A DNA stretch of 64,000 bases. It comes from Tubulanus polymorphus (lineage: Eukaryota > Animalia > Nemertea). Below the pieces are notes generated by a model. It was not told where the DNA came from, searched no databases, and worked only from the letters and a program-made list of their open reading frames with translations. Positions 1 through 15,100 of the stretch are shown in pieces (position 1 is the stretch's first letter; every line of letters begins with the position of its first letter). The translations under genes and the position numbers were made by a program. The stretch lies in NCBI RefSeq assembly GCF_964204645.1, contig NC_134026.1, positions 19,254,150 through 19,318,149 on the forward strand, in the 5' to 3' direction.

Positions 1-156
1 GAAAGTTTCGTTTTTGTCTGCGAGTTACCAGAGCTCAAAAGTATTAGTTAGCCATGTCTGAGTTAGGCGAGGTTTACCGTAATAAAGAATATCTTAAAAA
101 CCTATAAACCGCATAAAAGGAGACGTTTTTTTTTTGTGTGTTTATTCATCACGTAC

Positions 157-3100
157 CTTACAATAGACCACAAACTGTTTAGAAGGGTCGGCTTGACTGC
201 CTCGCGTGTCACCAGTTTTGCTATCTGTTTGAACGTTAATATATTGCATGTTATGCTTGCACGATTCTAACATGACGCTACGATCGGGCTGTACCCGCAC
301 TCGAAATTCACAATAGGCACCTCCGCGACCCTAAAATTGAAAAATGCATTTATAGTATTTTGCACTAATTAACAAAACTAGCATTCAGTAAAATAAAAAG
401 GTAATTGACTCCCCATGGATTGTTTTTTATTTTTTGACTTTTTGATAGATGTTTTGTTAGAAAATTGGACCATCTCCAAGTCACTGAATACTTAAAGACA
501 CTTCAGTTGTTGTATTATAAACATACAAATTGCAATTGCGTGCCATTTGCTCATTCACACGTAAGTTAATCATAAAGCTGTGCATCATTTCAATTAATAA
601 TTACTTTGCTCAGGGATAGTTATGAAATCTTACATGAATTTACAGGTAGGCCCACTTACCGTCGGTACAAGGTATGAGCTTTCCATTGATGAAGTTAACT
701 ATGAAGTGGTTTATGCGCCCGTGGCTATTCTTAACTCAACTAGAACATATGCAATGATATGAAGATTTTTCTATGACTATGTTACTTACCAGTCCAGTTA
801 CGGCATTACTGTCAATAGCGAGATGATTTCGAGGATTTGCTAAACTTGAAAATATGCGGATCATTCCTTTGCGAGGTACACATGTAAAAATGGCTGTAAC
901 AGATAAAATGAATATCAAATAAACACAAACAGAAAACATGCGACATACTCAGCATAGCTGACTTGGCAACATCATAATTTTTTAGGATATTTTTATTTCA
1001 GTACATATTATTTTGCCTGTAAGTGGGATTTTTTTCAATTTACCATGTCCTATTGTGCATATTCTGCCACTAGTACTATAGGCCTATATATTTGTATCTG
1101 AATTACTTATAACAATACAGCTGAATTTTAAAATCAGAAGATTCACTGGTAATATTTCCATCAAGAATTTCACGGAGTTGGCATTCCCGTTCGCTTATAT
1201 ACCTATGGGTAAACATATTTAAACCTTTCTATACATTAAGCATGAACCGGATCTATTAACTGCTCCCCTGACTCAAATCAATTCACTGATGTGGAAAACA
1301 CTAACATAAACGAAGGAAATTAACTTACAGTGGTCGTCTTCCATTTCTCCGTGTCCATCTACATGACCTTTATCGTCTATTTGCAGCGTGTGCTTATTCA
1401 ACTTCGAGAAGAACATCACTTCGCATTGAGAACCGAACTTCCATTTCTCGTATTCCCACTGAAAAAAAATACAAGATTCGATAAAGTTTTTTTGTCAGAG
1501 AGGACACAATACGATTTTATCAACTTTTTAGGGTTGTATCAAAAGGTTAGGAATACTTAAAATGAATTAGACAGTTATTCTAATTGACGCAACTATTGAA
1601 ATTTTGAGAAGCTCCCTAACTCAATTATGAGAAGATTCGTTGAGTAGCCGTGTTAACCGGGTATAGAATAAATAACGAGACAAGTAGTACTATATAGGTT
1701 AACTATTTATTTGACACATGAGCTTTCGCTACTAATGAATGGAAGCTGCTTCAGGTGAATGAGTATAGTCACCTGAAGCATACATAGGTAGCGAAAGCTC
1801 ATGCGTCAAATAAATAGTTAACCTATATAGTACTACGCTATTAACGTCTCGCTATTAACTCAATTATGAAATTAGCTTCAAATGATGTCCAGCAGCTGTG
1901 GAAATAACACAAGAGAACACAAACAGCCAATATTTTAGTACCCTGTTTCCGAAATCTATTTAGATTTGCTTTCTATCAATAGTTTCTATCAGACAGTTGC
2001 TAAGAATCAATTCAAAATTTGTTGACCTTCATTGGAAACTTGCAGTAAAGCTCGCCTAAAGACTGGCTATTGTAACACAGTACCACTTAACCAACAGTTC
2101 ATCTATATTTACCATTTCTCGTTCAATATGGTCTTGCATGTATTCTTCTTGTACTTTCAGCTCACGCACTAATTTTCCATCATCTTCGCCTTCATCTAAC
2201 CATCTAGAAATGTAATATACATATATACATATGATTTGTTTCCAAAGGCTGAATTGTTCAGTTCCTGTCTCAGCAAGTGGTTGCTATGGGATTCCCATAT
2301 ATGTGATGGGTTTGAACCCCATTTAATATTGCCATGTTGTTAGGCATGCCACTTATCATCGTTGGCTCACTCCACCTAAAAGCAATCTGACGATTTTGGA
2401 TATTCCTGGAGCCGCCCATATTGAATATATGCATGAAAACCAAAATATGGCTTCGTGCTATCATTTTGAAGGAACAAAGAGCAACAAAACATTCATGTTA
2501 TATGCACAACTGATCTTAAGCTAATCTAGGAACTCGATCAGAACGACTGTCACATAGACAAAGCGACCAAGCACTGACCAGTCAGAATTTTCGAAGACTC
2601 TTAGCTAGATTTGAAAAGTGACTAGATCACAAGAAATGCTTCCGACAATTACATAAATGGATTTTGTCTTGTGACGAATGTCAACAAAAATTACTGAGAT
2701 AGAATTCTATTCTGTACTAACCTGCCACATGGGAAGACATATTCTTCATGGCTATTGGCATCAGCATGCTCTTTGATGATGACTTTGTCCAAGAACCAAC
2801 CCAGGCCGGGTCCAGCACCGTCGTGACCTACTATGACCTTCACTAATTGACCTAATGACACTGCCTCAACTTCGAAATTGTCAATCTGGAAAAAACCCAA
2901 AAGATTATGAATACTTTGTGAATTGTGTAGCCACCAAAATGATTTCATTTCACTCCATAGCCATGATCAAGGAGAAGGCCAAGGCAAACCGTTCACACTA
3001 GTACCAAATGTCTGTTTGACAAGGGCCAAATTTAGCTTGAGCAAAAGCATCAGACCAGGCCCATGTCAAATTTTAGCATGGGTCGAATCACTCTCTAATC

Positions 3101-6100
3101 AGGCACAGGCCAAGTTTGACTCGGGCCTGGGTAGGGGACAGTTTGACCAGGGTAAGATCGTGGCTTGTATGATTTTGAATTGGAAAGCAACCTCAAACCT
3201 AGGCAAGTGGGGAAAAAGGACACACCTACCGAATGCTTAAGGTTAGAACATTTTCTTACGTCCAGACCAAGGTACTCAGAAGTATTTTGACAAAAAATCA
3301 GTGAACACAAAGCAGATATTGATTCATTGATTCAACCCTGCAATGCTTACCTGTCCTTTATTGAATATTCCTTTTGACATACTTTTAGCTTTCCACAACT
3401 GACGGACACCCGAGTCTCCTCGCTCACCATAAATTGTCATATAAACATTGGCGTCGGTTCCAGCATTATAACAATCACCAGTAATCACCGATACTTGATA
3501 CTTCAGAACTAAAAAATAATTTCGTCATACATGTACTAGTACTTTTAATACAAAAATCAAACCCCATGATTTTAGGAACTTTATATTTCAGATATTCAAG
3601 CATGACTTCAGATGCATGGATTAAGTAGAGAGTGTAAAATCCTCCGTGTAAAATAGAGAGTAAATCCCATAGAGAAAATCAAATTTAATAATGAAAATCA
3701 AATTCAATAGCTATGCATTAATATCATAAGTTCATCTAATCTGGATACCTCTCAGGTAGTACAATAATTTTCATTAGCTAATGCAACCTGCAAACAAGCT
3801 TTATTGCAGGCAGTATAAAGGCTTACATTACATTATCAAGTTTTAACAATTTGAAGATGAAACATACTAAATCATTGACCATTGAAATATGGGCTAATGA
3901 AGATCCTACCTACATAAAACCCAGAGTTAATGAATCAGATTAAGTTCCAGTAACTAACTATTCTGAAACTATGGGCTATATGAACCTAATTTTTATCAAC
4001 TAGTGATTTGAGAAAAGAGAAGCATTTGCCCAGAAACAAACATAAGGGTGCACAATTCCTGAATTAGATTAAATGGATTAGAAATTTCTTTTAAGATTAT
4101 TCAACCAAAAACCTACTGAACTGATTAAACATTAACTGAATTAATGAAGAAATTTATTTGCAATAAAGCTTAAAAACAAAATAAAAACAAAGACTAACAA
4201 TGCAATAGCCGCAATTACATGGAGAGGATTTGGACTGTGCCTATTTGGCACCTGTGTGAACAGTTGTTCTAGGGCAAAAACATTCGTGTGATTGTGGCTA
4301 ATGAATATCATCTGATCCTTTAGAGTTAGAACTTTAAAGGTGTTTGCAAACTACGTTAGATAAATCAATCTATATGCTTTCAACATTCCAGAACTGATTC
4401 CACGGTTTTGGGTTTATGAAATTTGACTTTAAGACATTGTAGTCAATTCGACAGTGCTCACTGACATTGTGGAACTGGGCCCTGTATTTCACCCAAAATC
4501 CCAAGAAATGAATACCTGGTAAAACGTTATCTCCGCGTCTGGCGACCGGAATTTCACGGCATATTTCGCCGTCACCTTCATCTTTCGATAACCATTTCCG
4601 ACATATAAACACTAGCTCTTCATCTGTATCGATATCCCGCATTTTTACCTGAAATAAAATCAATGAAGATTATGAAATGGTGGTCCCTAAAATCCATCCA
4701 TTTCAATGAAAAGTACTTATAATGTTGACAGGTATAAATGGAGCACCCATCGGCGCACGCCCAATTCATGTTGATTCAGAGCGTGAAGCAGCGTTTAGTA
4801 CCAGAACTATAAACCGCAATAGATATTTGGCCCAGTTGTTATGGAAAATGCTGCATGAAATTCCACAATTTCAGCATTTAAATTCTTTATTAAAAAGTGA
4901 GATAAAGTGATCTATTGATTCTAATTGGCCGATATGAATTGGGACGAGCATTCCATAAGATAAGGGCAACAATGGAAAATGCCCTGCTGTTACTATTGAT
5001 ATACCCGGTTATCACATTTCAAATGCCAATGAATGGAATCTCGCCAAGGCTGCACCTTACAAAAATTGAATTTGCGTGTTTTCGTGTCACTCAAGGCGGG
5101 AATATCTTCAGAAAATTGTCCTATAAATCAGTTGTTTTGTATTGGTTGCTTATTGATGTACCTCATCGCAGAACCATCCCGGAAAATCTCCGCTGTCGTC
5201 GTGCATGATTCTTATCTTGTATATGCTCCCGATATTGCCCACTGAAATCTGAAAAAAGACAATTATGAAAAATGTTTTGTCAGTTCATATATATACTCTC
5301 CAGTTCAGTTATAACCCTGTAAAATCATTATTATTCATTGCAATGTATATCAACATCCCTTCATCTTTAAGAGTAGTTTGGCATTAAATAGGGGAGTGGT
5401 GTGATGGAAAATGTTCCTACATATTTGAAATCCAATGCATTGACCACTGCACCCTGAATAACCCCTTCGGACATTCACCATTTAGCGAAGTATTGACGGT
5501 CAATATTGATTTTCAGTATGATGATGAAATACACTTACATTTAGCATTTGTTAGTTAAACTATGTCTGGTATGAAGTTCAGCATTTTGACGATCAAAAAT
5601 TGGAAGAATGATGATAGAAGGTCGAATGTCTAAATGAGGGTGGGTCAGACGGCAGATTTACCTGTATGCGGTATGGATCATTTGTTAGTGGGTAACCGCC
5701 TAGGGGAGCGTACCAGATTACATTATCAGATGCTACTTCAAGAGAGAGATAATGGTACACAGTTACAGAGATAAAGGCGACAGATAATAACGCTGATCTA
5801 TGATTGTCACTGATATCACGTTCATAATGGATACATTGGCGGATACTAGATTTCACTTAGGTGTTATATAACAACTGATTTTCATGGATGAAAAAGACGG
5901 AAGTGAGCCGATATCGTGTTACGGACAACATCGATATAACTGCGTAGTTGGACGTGGTGATACTGCGTTCAGCTCATTAAATGAGAACTTTTCAGCGGTA
6001 TTGATTACTTAAACCGGCGACACTGTTGATTATAGAGTTCCTTACAATTTTAAGCACCACGCAATGCTATAATTTGCACTTCGGAGGAGATGAACAAATA

Positions 6101-9100
6101 TATACATGACAACGCAAATATAATCATACAGATTCATGTATTTCACTCGACTTAATTACGTAGTATAAGATGTTCGAAAATATTTCATCCCCCTGTCCTC
6201 CTGAACAAGCCGACTGAAAGAAATTTAGTTCCACTTATTTTCAATTCAAAATGCAATATTAGCCAAATTTTAGCACGAGACAAATGATTGCGTTTGAATT
6301 GCAACTGGTACCGGAAATGACTCGCTTCGCTTTGAGCGATGTTTAGTATCGAGTGAGAGCTTGCGTGTGAGCGCGCTCTCTAATTAGGCGCCGGTCAAAT
6401 TTGACTCGGGTCTGGTCCGTGCCAATTTGGCCCGGGCCAAATCGCCTCCATGTGATCACTATTAAGCAGAAAAGTTACACTTATAACTATTTACAGCATG
6501 ATACTGTGTATTTAATTTTTTCATTTACCTAGACCTTCGTTATATCAATGGAAATCGCTCTGAGGCAATATTTGAGCATCAAATTTTGAATATTATCTTG
6601 GGTACCAGACCCCCGTTCAGTTCCAGCCAAATTAAAAATGAACCCACCCACGTGTTTCTCATGCTGCGGGCATGTGACTTACCGTAAGTCATCTTGTGTG
6701 TTCTAAACATTATCTAACAATACAAGCACTTTATTACGCTCCAAAGTAATAATGACTATTGTCCTTTTGCAACATTTGCAGGGCTTAGGTTTGTCAAACA
6801 ATATATAAGTTGTCTTTTGCTTCTTGCCTAGGGCCCGAGTCCTGGATCAAAGACCTGATGTACTGGTAATTGGCACAGTTACTGGTACTGTAATCTAAAC
6901 TAATATTCGTCATAACACTAGACCATATGAACTTTGACATATTAGTTGTTATATTTTGCTTTATCACAAACAGTAGGCCAGTTTTACAATTCCTGAATTC
7001 ATTTTTTTTGTTTATAATAGATTTATAATAGAGGAAATAGATGTACATATGCTCATAAGTATGGACTCTGAAATGCACTAAAATTACATAATAGGAACTG
7101 AAGAAGATTTTCCAAATTCCAAAAACACAATTGACATAAACAATCATCACTTACATTCCTCACTACAACAGAGTGATATTCAGAAATACAGATGAATAAA
7201 TGGAAAGGAAAAATAATAGTCGCGATCACATGGAGATGATTTGGCCTGGGCCAAATTGGCACAGATGAAACCTGAGACAAATTTGGCCTGTTCCTAATTA
7301 AAGAGAGTGTGATTCATTTCCAGAACAAGTATCAATTCACACGCAATAATTTAACCCACAGAGATGTAAGTGGCCAAAGGAAAAAAAGGAAAATAGTAGA
7401 TATCCCAAAAAATTGGGAAATTTTTCAAATTTTAAGTGTTCTCAGATGCAATTTCACAGCATTTTTCTTAACCAGGAAAATGGAAAAAAAATGGAAATCT
7501 GTCAAAAAAACGGAAGTCTTACATCTCTGAACCCACGCTAAAATTTTGCGCAGGCCTGGTCCAACATTTTAAGTTGCTCCGTGCCTAATTTGGCAAGAGA
7601 CTAATTTGGCCCTGGCTGGTGTGATCGTGGCTAAAATCACCATAGCATGAAAAGTTATGCAATGACACAAAGAGACACCAGGAAAAATCAGAAAAAAAAT
7701 AGTCGTGAAACATTGAGAAATGAAGCTGTCAAAGTGACATAAATGTCTTCGCTATTCGGAAAATAAAACACGTATAATGGTCGATAATGTACCAGTTATG
7801 TACCGAGCTGATTGGTTATAATGGTACGCCGCTGTTCTTGACATCGTACATCATGCGATGTTGACACAATTCAATGATGCGTGAACGCTTACACGAAGCG
7901 ATACATCTCGCGCCACCCGATACCGACATACACATTTGTTGGCGTCAAAAATCATGCGACTGAGACGCGTTTTTTTTTTCATTTGGACAAAATTGAATGC
8001 TATGTAGATGATCGATTGATCGGATTAATTTCGTTGTGTTATCAGCGCTGATAGTTTTTCTGAGTCGAATACATAAGAAAGAGGCAGAAAATATTTAATT
8101 TTACACGACATCTAGCAATCTCATCAAATTTCCATGACTGTTCATTGACTTTTAGGTATTCTACAAAATTCCCCAACTCCTTAAAAAGAAAAGAAACTTT
8201 TTCCCGATTCTCGGGTAAGTGGCAACCCTGAATTATGTTTCAGCGTTATTCTTAAGTCTAAATGTGCATTTATACAGTGCATATGCTAAAACGACTATCA
8301 AATTCTAATTGGTCAAATTATCCAATTCTTTTTTAAGTATTGAATATTTCATCAGCAATTGAAATTGAAAGCATCGTTTTGAAAAAAAACTGAATATCCG
8401 AAACCACCATTGGATACACAGTACGACAAATAATTGATGAAAATTACCAACATAGTAGTCCGATATATTGAAGATCATCTTTGAAATAAACATGTTAGGT
8501 TTCAAATTTAACCAGAGAATATCTCAAAAATGGAATTTGGGTTCTCACTGGTGATAATGAAATGGTACATATCATGTAACATTTGAAGCAAAATTTGATG
8601 GTATTCGCCAGATTTACTGGCCAAACCAGAAGTTCACTGGTAAAACCACTTGAATGGCTTTAAGAAGGCAATGAAGTTTTAATTGATCCGATTCAAAGCC
8701 GCTCTAATGGCATTTTACTGAATCACTCCGTTCGGTCTTAGATCATTAGTATGATTTAAAACTTGCTGAAACCCCTTTTGATTGTCGATCCTTATTAAGA
8801 TCTCTTCTAAATAAATCTACAACTTCAAAAGCACAACATACAAGAGTGATCAATCGTATAGGGTGACATAACTATAAGATATAGTCATGGTTCCCACAGT
8901 AGTATGAATCAATAATTCCAAAGTTTTTCCCAAGTATTTCATGGGTGATTTTTCAATTTTTCTAAATGGAAATGAACTGATACCATGCTACACTAAACAC
9001 TTTAGTGGTGACTGGTTGATAAAGGTGATTTTCGAGGGAAATATCGCTGAAGGAAGTTGCCCTTAGCAAACGCAATACGTGAAATATAAATAATTTTCCC

Positions 9101-12100
9101 ACATATTTCCCTAGAGGACTAGAGGAAAATTTCTCAAATTCCCAAATATTTCCAAACTGGGAATATTATTCCAAAATTCCCAAGTTTTTTCCAATTTCCC
9201 TGTACTGTGGGAAGCATGTATAGTTATGATCACAACGACAGAACCGGTGGTTGTAGGCGATACATGAGACCGTTAGACCTTATAAACACGATGTTTCTTA
9301 TATAGCGGAATGAAAATCGTGTACCATGGTGGCTAGCGCTAACAAGTACCCCAGACGGCAACCCCCGCACACAAAAACATACATATACATGAAAAGGAAG
9401 GGAGGAAATTGTATTGAAGCAAAAGCGACGACAAAAGACAACATGAATTACATATTAGATTCAGGGATACCTCATCATACACTAAAACCAATTCGTCGCC
9501 AAAGCGTGCACCGCTTTCCCAACCACCAATCGATTGAGAATCATCGTTAGACTGAAAATACCAAATACAATAAGCCATCTCAAATCAACTGTAACAGCGA
9601 TCGATCCTAGGGATACTTAACATTTTTTGTCAAAATACGGTCTGAAATTTTGGTGCCCCTCAAATTTCATCGACACAAATTATCTAAGGGCTGGCAATCT
9701 CAAATCATGTGGGTTGCAGATGCTTTCAGGATGCTTTGAAGTGCACGTTTTCTTTTAATATCTTGATATCCAACTTCAGTTGTTCCCTGTTTCTATCTAG
9801 TGCCCTATCCTTTCGCGGATTGAGACCATGTTTATTATTACGAAAATCCCACAATAAAGACGAAAAAATAAAGTCCGAAAATGTTTTTTCCTTGAGCTAG
9901 TGTAGTTTATTCAACGTTTCCGCTATATACTAATAGTCACAATTGGGAATACTGAGATACAATAGAAATTGTGAAATATATATACGATCCAGGACAAAGA
10001 GACTTATCAAAGTAATCAAGAGTGATACAAACTAAGGAATTATGTCACATCATCAGGCCTCTCCTAATGTAAGATCTTAACACTCGGATGGGAAGTTCTT
10101 GCATAGTATGCAATATTTCAAAGTGATTAGTCTACGGCAGATTTTGGGCTAATGCTAATGCACTGTAATTGGGTTTTACAGGTAATTTGGAATTATCATT
10201 ATTATTATAGATATAACTACAGTATGTCTAAGTTGCCTTCACACCAATGTTATCACAAACGAATGAAATGATTTAGGTTGTACTACTACTTATCCACTTC
10301 ACTTTCCCCTATGGCACGTTGCAAAATTATGACATGAATTAAACCTCCAACTAGTATTGGAAGCACTAATGCTCTGCATTTCAAATGTTGAAATCCATAT
10401 TTCCTGTACTAATAACATATCGATTCATCGTACAATCAGCTCGACCTGCTTTCGAAACACTGCCCGATGCGTGCATGTCAATCATCACAATATTTTTTTC
10501 AGTCTGATGAACACGCTTAAAAAAGCGCCGCTCAAAAAACAATTAGAATGCACGGAAATTCAATTTGTCGCCGATCAAATAACAATAAATCCAAATATTG
10601 GCACGACCCTTGTTGATTATCATTTCGTCGCGATGCATTGTCGATAAAAAAAATCGCGACGCGCTTTCAGAATAAATGAGCGTCATAAAACGAATTGAAA
10701 ATTGAAAGCATCCCGAATCGGCGCGATTCATCATTCGTAGTTGATTCAAAATGTAAAGTACCACGCGGCTAATAAATTCTTTTCAGAAGTAGAATCCCTC
10801 GGGGCATTGATATCCGCGTGAAGGGGAAGTGTTGTTTTTTTTTCAAAACCGCCACCACACTTGCTGGCAAGCTCCTGCGGGTTGCCAGCGGTTACGAATG
10901 TTGATATTTCCCCAGTACGGCGACCGCGTTGATCGATGTTATTCGCAAAAGGACGACGTTTTTAACAGTATTTACAATCAACGATTTTTCAAGTTTCATT
11001 TTTCGTTGAGTTCGGGCAATAAGTTATATAAAGTAGTATGTATGTATGAATCAATCTGATGAATAAGTGGTTCAGGTTGGAAACGTACAATTTTGAGTAG
11101 ACATAATTCATTTTCTGTGATGTTTCAAATTTTCACTGCGATTCATGATCAAGTGCCCTGTCTACAATAGATTGGTACCATTGACCTGGGTCATTCGGTG
11201 CAGATAGACAGAAATTGTACACAAAAGACCGGATTCTTAAGTGTGTTATACGTACGTGGATTTTCAAAATGCTTAAGAGAAAAATTATTGTATTTTCGAA
11301 ATACGGGTTTCTTGATATATTGAAACAGTTAACCCTTTCAGTGCTGACTAACTAATACCCTAAACTGCTGGGCCATTTATAGACTGGTATTACCTTTAAC
11401 CCGGGGGCTAACTCAACTCATTTTCAATTGAGTTAGTCCCTGGGTTTAAAGTAATACCAGTCTACAAAACCCGACCCAGGAGATAATTTGAAAAATTCCA
11501 CCTCATTGTGCTGAATAACAGGCATATCTCTTTAATGCATCTACACCGTGGTGCAGTGCATCATTTAGTTACTAATACTTAACTGTGCTTGACAGATGCT
11601 GCCATCTTTCATTGGAGATGAAAACTAATTACTAATTACATCAATACACCGCAATGTGGTGTACTAGCAAAGTCATCACCAATTTATACACCGCACTGCG
11701 GTGAAGACACGTTAAAAGGGTTAAGCTTTTTGTATTCAGCAACGTTCTAGCTTCATAACCTCAGGAATATTAATTGAACCGACTAGATGTACATCTATGA
11801 AAAGTTTTCTCATATGTTAAGTTTTGGTTTCAAAGTACTCGTTAGCCTATATCCCACTTGTTACATTCAGATGAATTTGTTGAGAACTTTATAACGAAAT
11901 ATGACAATTCAATTTCCGATTCAAAATAAATCGATAGTTTTTATAATTTCATCAAAATTTTAACGCCATCTTTTTTCTCAAGCCAAAACTAATTGAGAGA
12001 TTACCACACAGCTGAATAGATTAATACCCTACATATTGAGCTTTAATGGCACAAAACATCAATTCGCAATTAGTTCTGAACTGGGTCTCTGTCATGTTCA

Positions 12101-15100
12101 CGATAACGATAGCATCGTACATTATCAAATGATGGCAATTCATCAAAACTTTTTTCGGAGCTTATTAAATCATTCGGAGAGTAATAGAGTATCGCATGCT
12201 GTCACGACAATGTCAGTAGATGCATGAAGTTTCGATGAACACTGAATATATGCTAGTCAATTCCATCTATGGTAACTTCATTTAGGTGTATCCAAGACAA
12301 AGTTGAACAGTTATGAACTACTCTGAGTTAAGCTCATTTTCAAATACGATACTCCAATCCAATACTGTAACCCAGGACCCTTCTTTATAGACTGGTATTA
12401 CCTTTAAACCGGGGGCTAACTCAATTCATTATCAAATAAGTTAGCCCCCGGGTTAAAGGTAATACCAGTCTATAAAACCGAGCCCAGAATTGTGTAGTTG
12501 GGTCATGGGGTACCAGTATCACAAAAGACTACCCTCTAGCAATCGACTTACTAGGCATACGGGAGATTGCGTGGATCCAATCAAAAGGTATGTAATGAGA
12601 TATCGGCACTCGCCAAATGGCACGACAAAACACTGGGTCAATCATAGAGTAAATCAGTTCAATTTTGACAAAATTTGAATTTGAATTTGATTTTAGGCTT
12701 GTTAATGCAAAAATTATCAAACCAGTCATCGCATAGATGTAAGATCGACTTTCTCACTCACTGCATAGTATAGGTGTATTGATTTACTAATGAGAAAAGT
12801 CGATACAAATATAATTGAAATGAAGAAGGAAATTGAAGCGCGGTAACGCAGTGCCACTGGCGATCCAGGCCGAATCCTTGCTTGCCGCAGTAACATTGCC
12901 GGTATCCCATTATCTTTAATACAACTGAATTATTGTTTTGTGACCTAAGGGCATATCAAAAAATTCCTCTGAATTTACCTGTCTGTATTTCATTGATATA
13001 TACTCAAATATCTTTATTGTAAAAATTTTAGAGTTAAAAAAGTTCAGTTGTATTGAATTGTATTATAAATAGAGATTGGTATAATAGCTGACATCCTCCC
13101 TACCAGGGTTTCGAACGTGATGACCTCACAATATCCGTAGTACGTAAGTGTTCATGATGCAGCATTCAACAGCATATAAAAACATGAGAATCAATAATCA
13201 GATATTGCTTGAAAGTTGCTTTGTTTTGCAGGTTAGTCCTAGCTACCTAAAAGCGCGCGCATACCTGGTTTAAACTATAGACAGGGTTTTAATGCTGTTA
13301 GGTTCTATCTTATCTGGGCAGCCATAGAGTAAGGATTAAAAGTCAGAGATTCGAAATATCATAAGAGTAAAAATCATTAGCTCAATCAGTCTCAAATGAA
13401 ATGAAGCGAATTACGATGTTTACCTCGAATTCATCAATCTGGCCATTTTGGAATGTAAGTCCATCCGCGTTTCCGAGTGGAATGGGTCCACAGTGACCAC
13501 GGTTACCATAAATTGTTATGGATATATGCGCTGTTGTTCCAGCAGACGGGAGCTCATTCGTTGTAACCCAAAGTTTCCATTTTCCACCTGAAATAAACGA
13601 TTAAATGAAAAGTATGTTTTCCATCAGTTTCCAATCCGAAAAAAAGCTTATTCCCTAACTTGATATTTCATTGCAAAACGATGAATCAGTTGTAGTTCAC
13701 AATATCCATGATCAAACGATAATAGTAAAATCCCACAATAAATGAAGAAATGTCTGAAAAGTTTCTTAAAGTATTAGTAACCATTCAAAATATTTCTTCA
13801 TTTATTGTGAGATTTTACTATTTTCATTGCAAATAGCTGCATTTTTTCAAAGATTCGCTAAATAAGGACCCTGACTAAATTAGATGAACTCTTAATATCT
13901 ACCTATAGTCTTAAAACTTAACTGCGTGTTATCATTTCACGTTTTATTGACAATCAATGCCTTTTAATGGTAATAAATATTTGAATTGAATTTATCAACA
14001 CCGGTCACATATGTTAATCATTCTAGAAGAGGATTCTACTTGTGGTAACGGGGGATCGACCGGATTCACTTGTAACTCATCTTCACACAACAATTTCAAT
14101 TAAAATTGAATGAAATTTACTCAAAAACTATACCAAATACCAATAAGAAAATCAATCCGATATATATTTGTTAGCTGAATCGTATGATATCATATGGGTT
14201 CAAGAACCTTAAAATCTAGTTCAGAGTTGATTCAAAATTAGATATAAGACCCACAATTAACTCTTCTTAACCTAGTCTTAATTAACCTAGTCATGATTGG
14301 AAAGGATTAAATTTTTATGTTTCGCTGATGGCATAGATATACAAATTTCCCCGTGAAAATATAGCAGTTAGGCTGAAAAAATTGATGCCTTTTTGCTGAG
14401 CTTAAAAGTTGACCCAGCCGGCCACCTATCTCCCCTGTACATTATACTTTTTAAAAAAATCATGATTACGCTTCTGTAGAAGTGAACTGATTACAAATTT
14501 TTGTTGTAGTTTATACGAAAGTGACCCGGCTGATTAGGAGAAACAAGATATATCTTAGCCTGTCATCGACAGAGGAGTCTAGGAAGCTCGTAATGATAAA
14601 ATCTTGCATTCATATCAGCGCAATTAGGCAAGCTGAATGCTGATATTGAAGTATGTTGATAATTAATTTCCGGAACTCTTTCAGCGCACGGCAGGAAGGA
14701 AGACTTACGTGTTCGACGAAGTCGTTCCCTTTTATCTCGAAGTCTCGATCCGACCGTATCTCCCGCGTACGGGTCGGGTCTTCGACGCGTCGGGCGGTGA
14801 GCGTGAGCCGTAGGTATACCGGTGACATGGTGAAACCTTTCGTGAGAACAGATCACGTACAGATTCGGCCCGTTGAATATCGCCGAGAGGCTGCGTACCT
14901 GAAAGCGAAAATAAAAGATTTCGAACTATTGACGAATTAGTGATCGAAATCTGAGGCAGATCCAGGGCCAAGTTCTAAGGGTTGATTGATCGGAAAAGGT
15001 ATTCTGGCGATGCCCCTTTTCATAGGAAAAAACCCTTTACCCGGAATACTTGTTCTGGAATTATGCCTTCATTTCATAGAAAGTCCTCTAGAGCATTTTC

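Noticed and set aside
5593-5856. ORF ending at a phase-0 donor (CAG|gtaaat, about 5662) upstream of a PLAT exon
   Set aside because: Nearby acceptors give phase 1, there is no in-frame ATG, and inclusion would split PLAT1.
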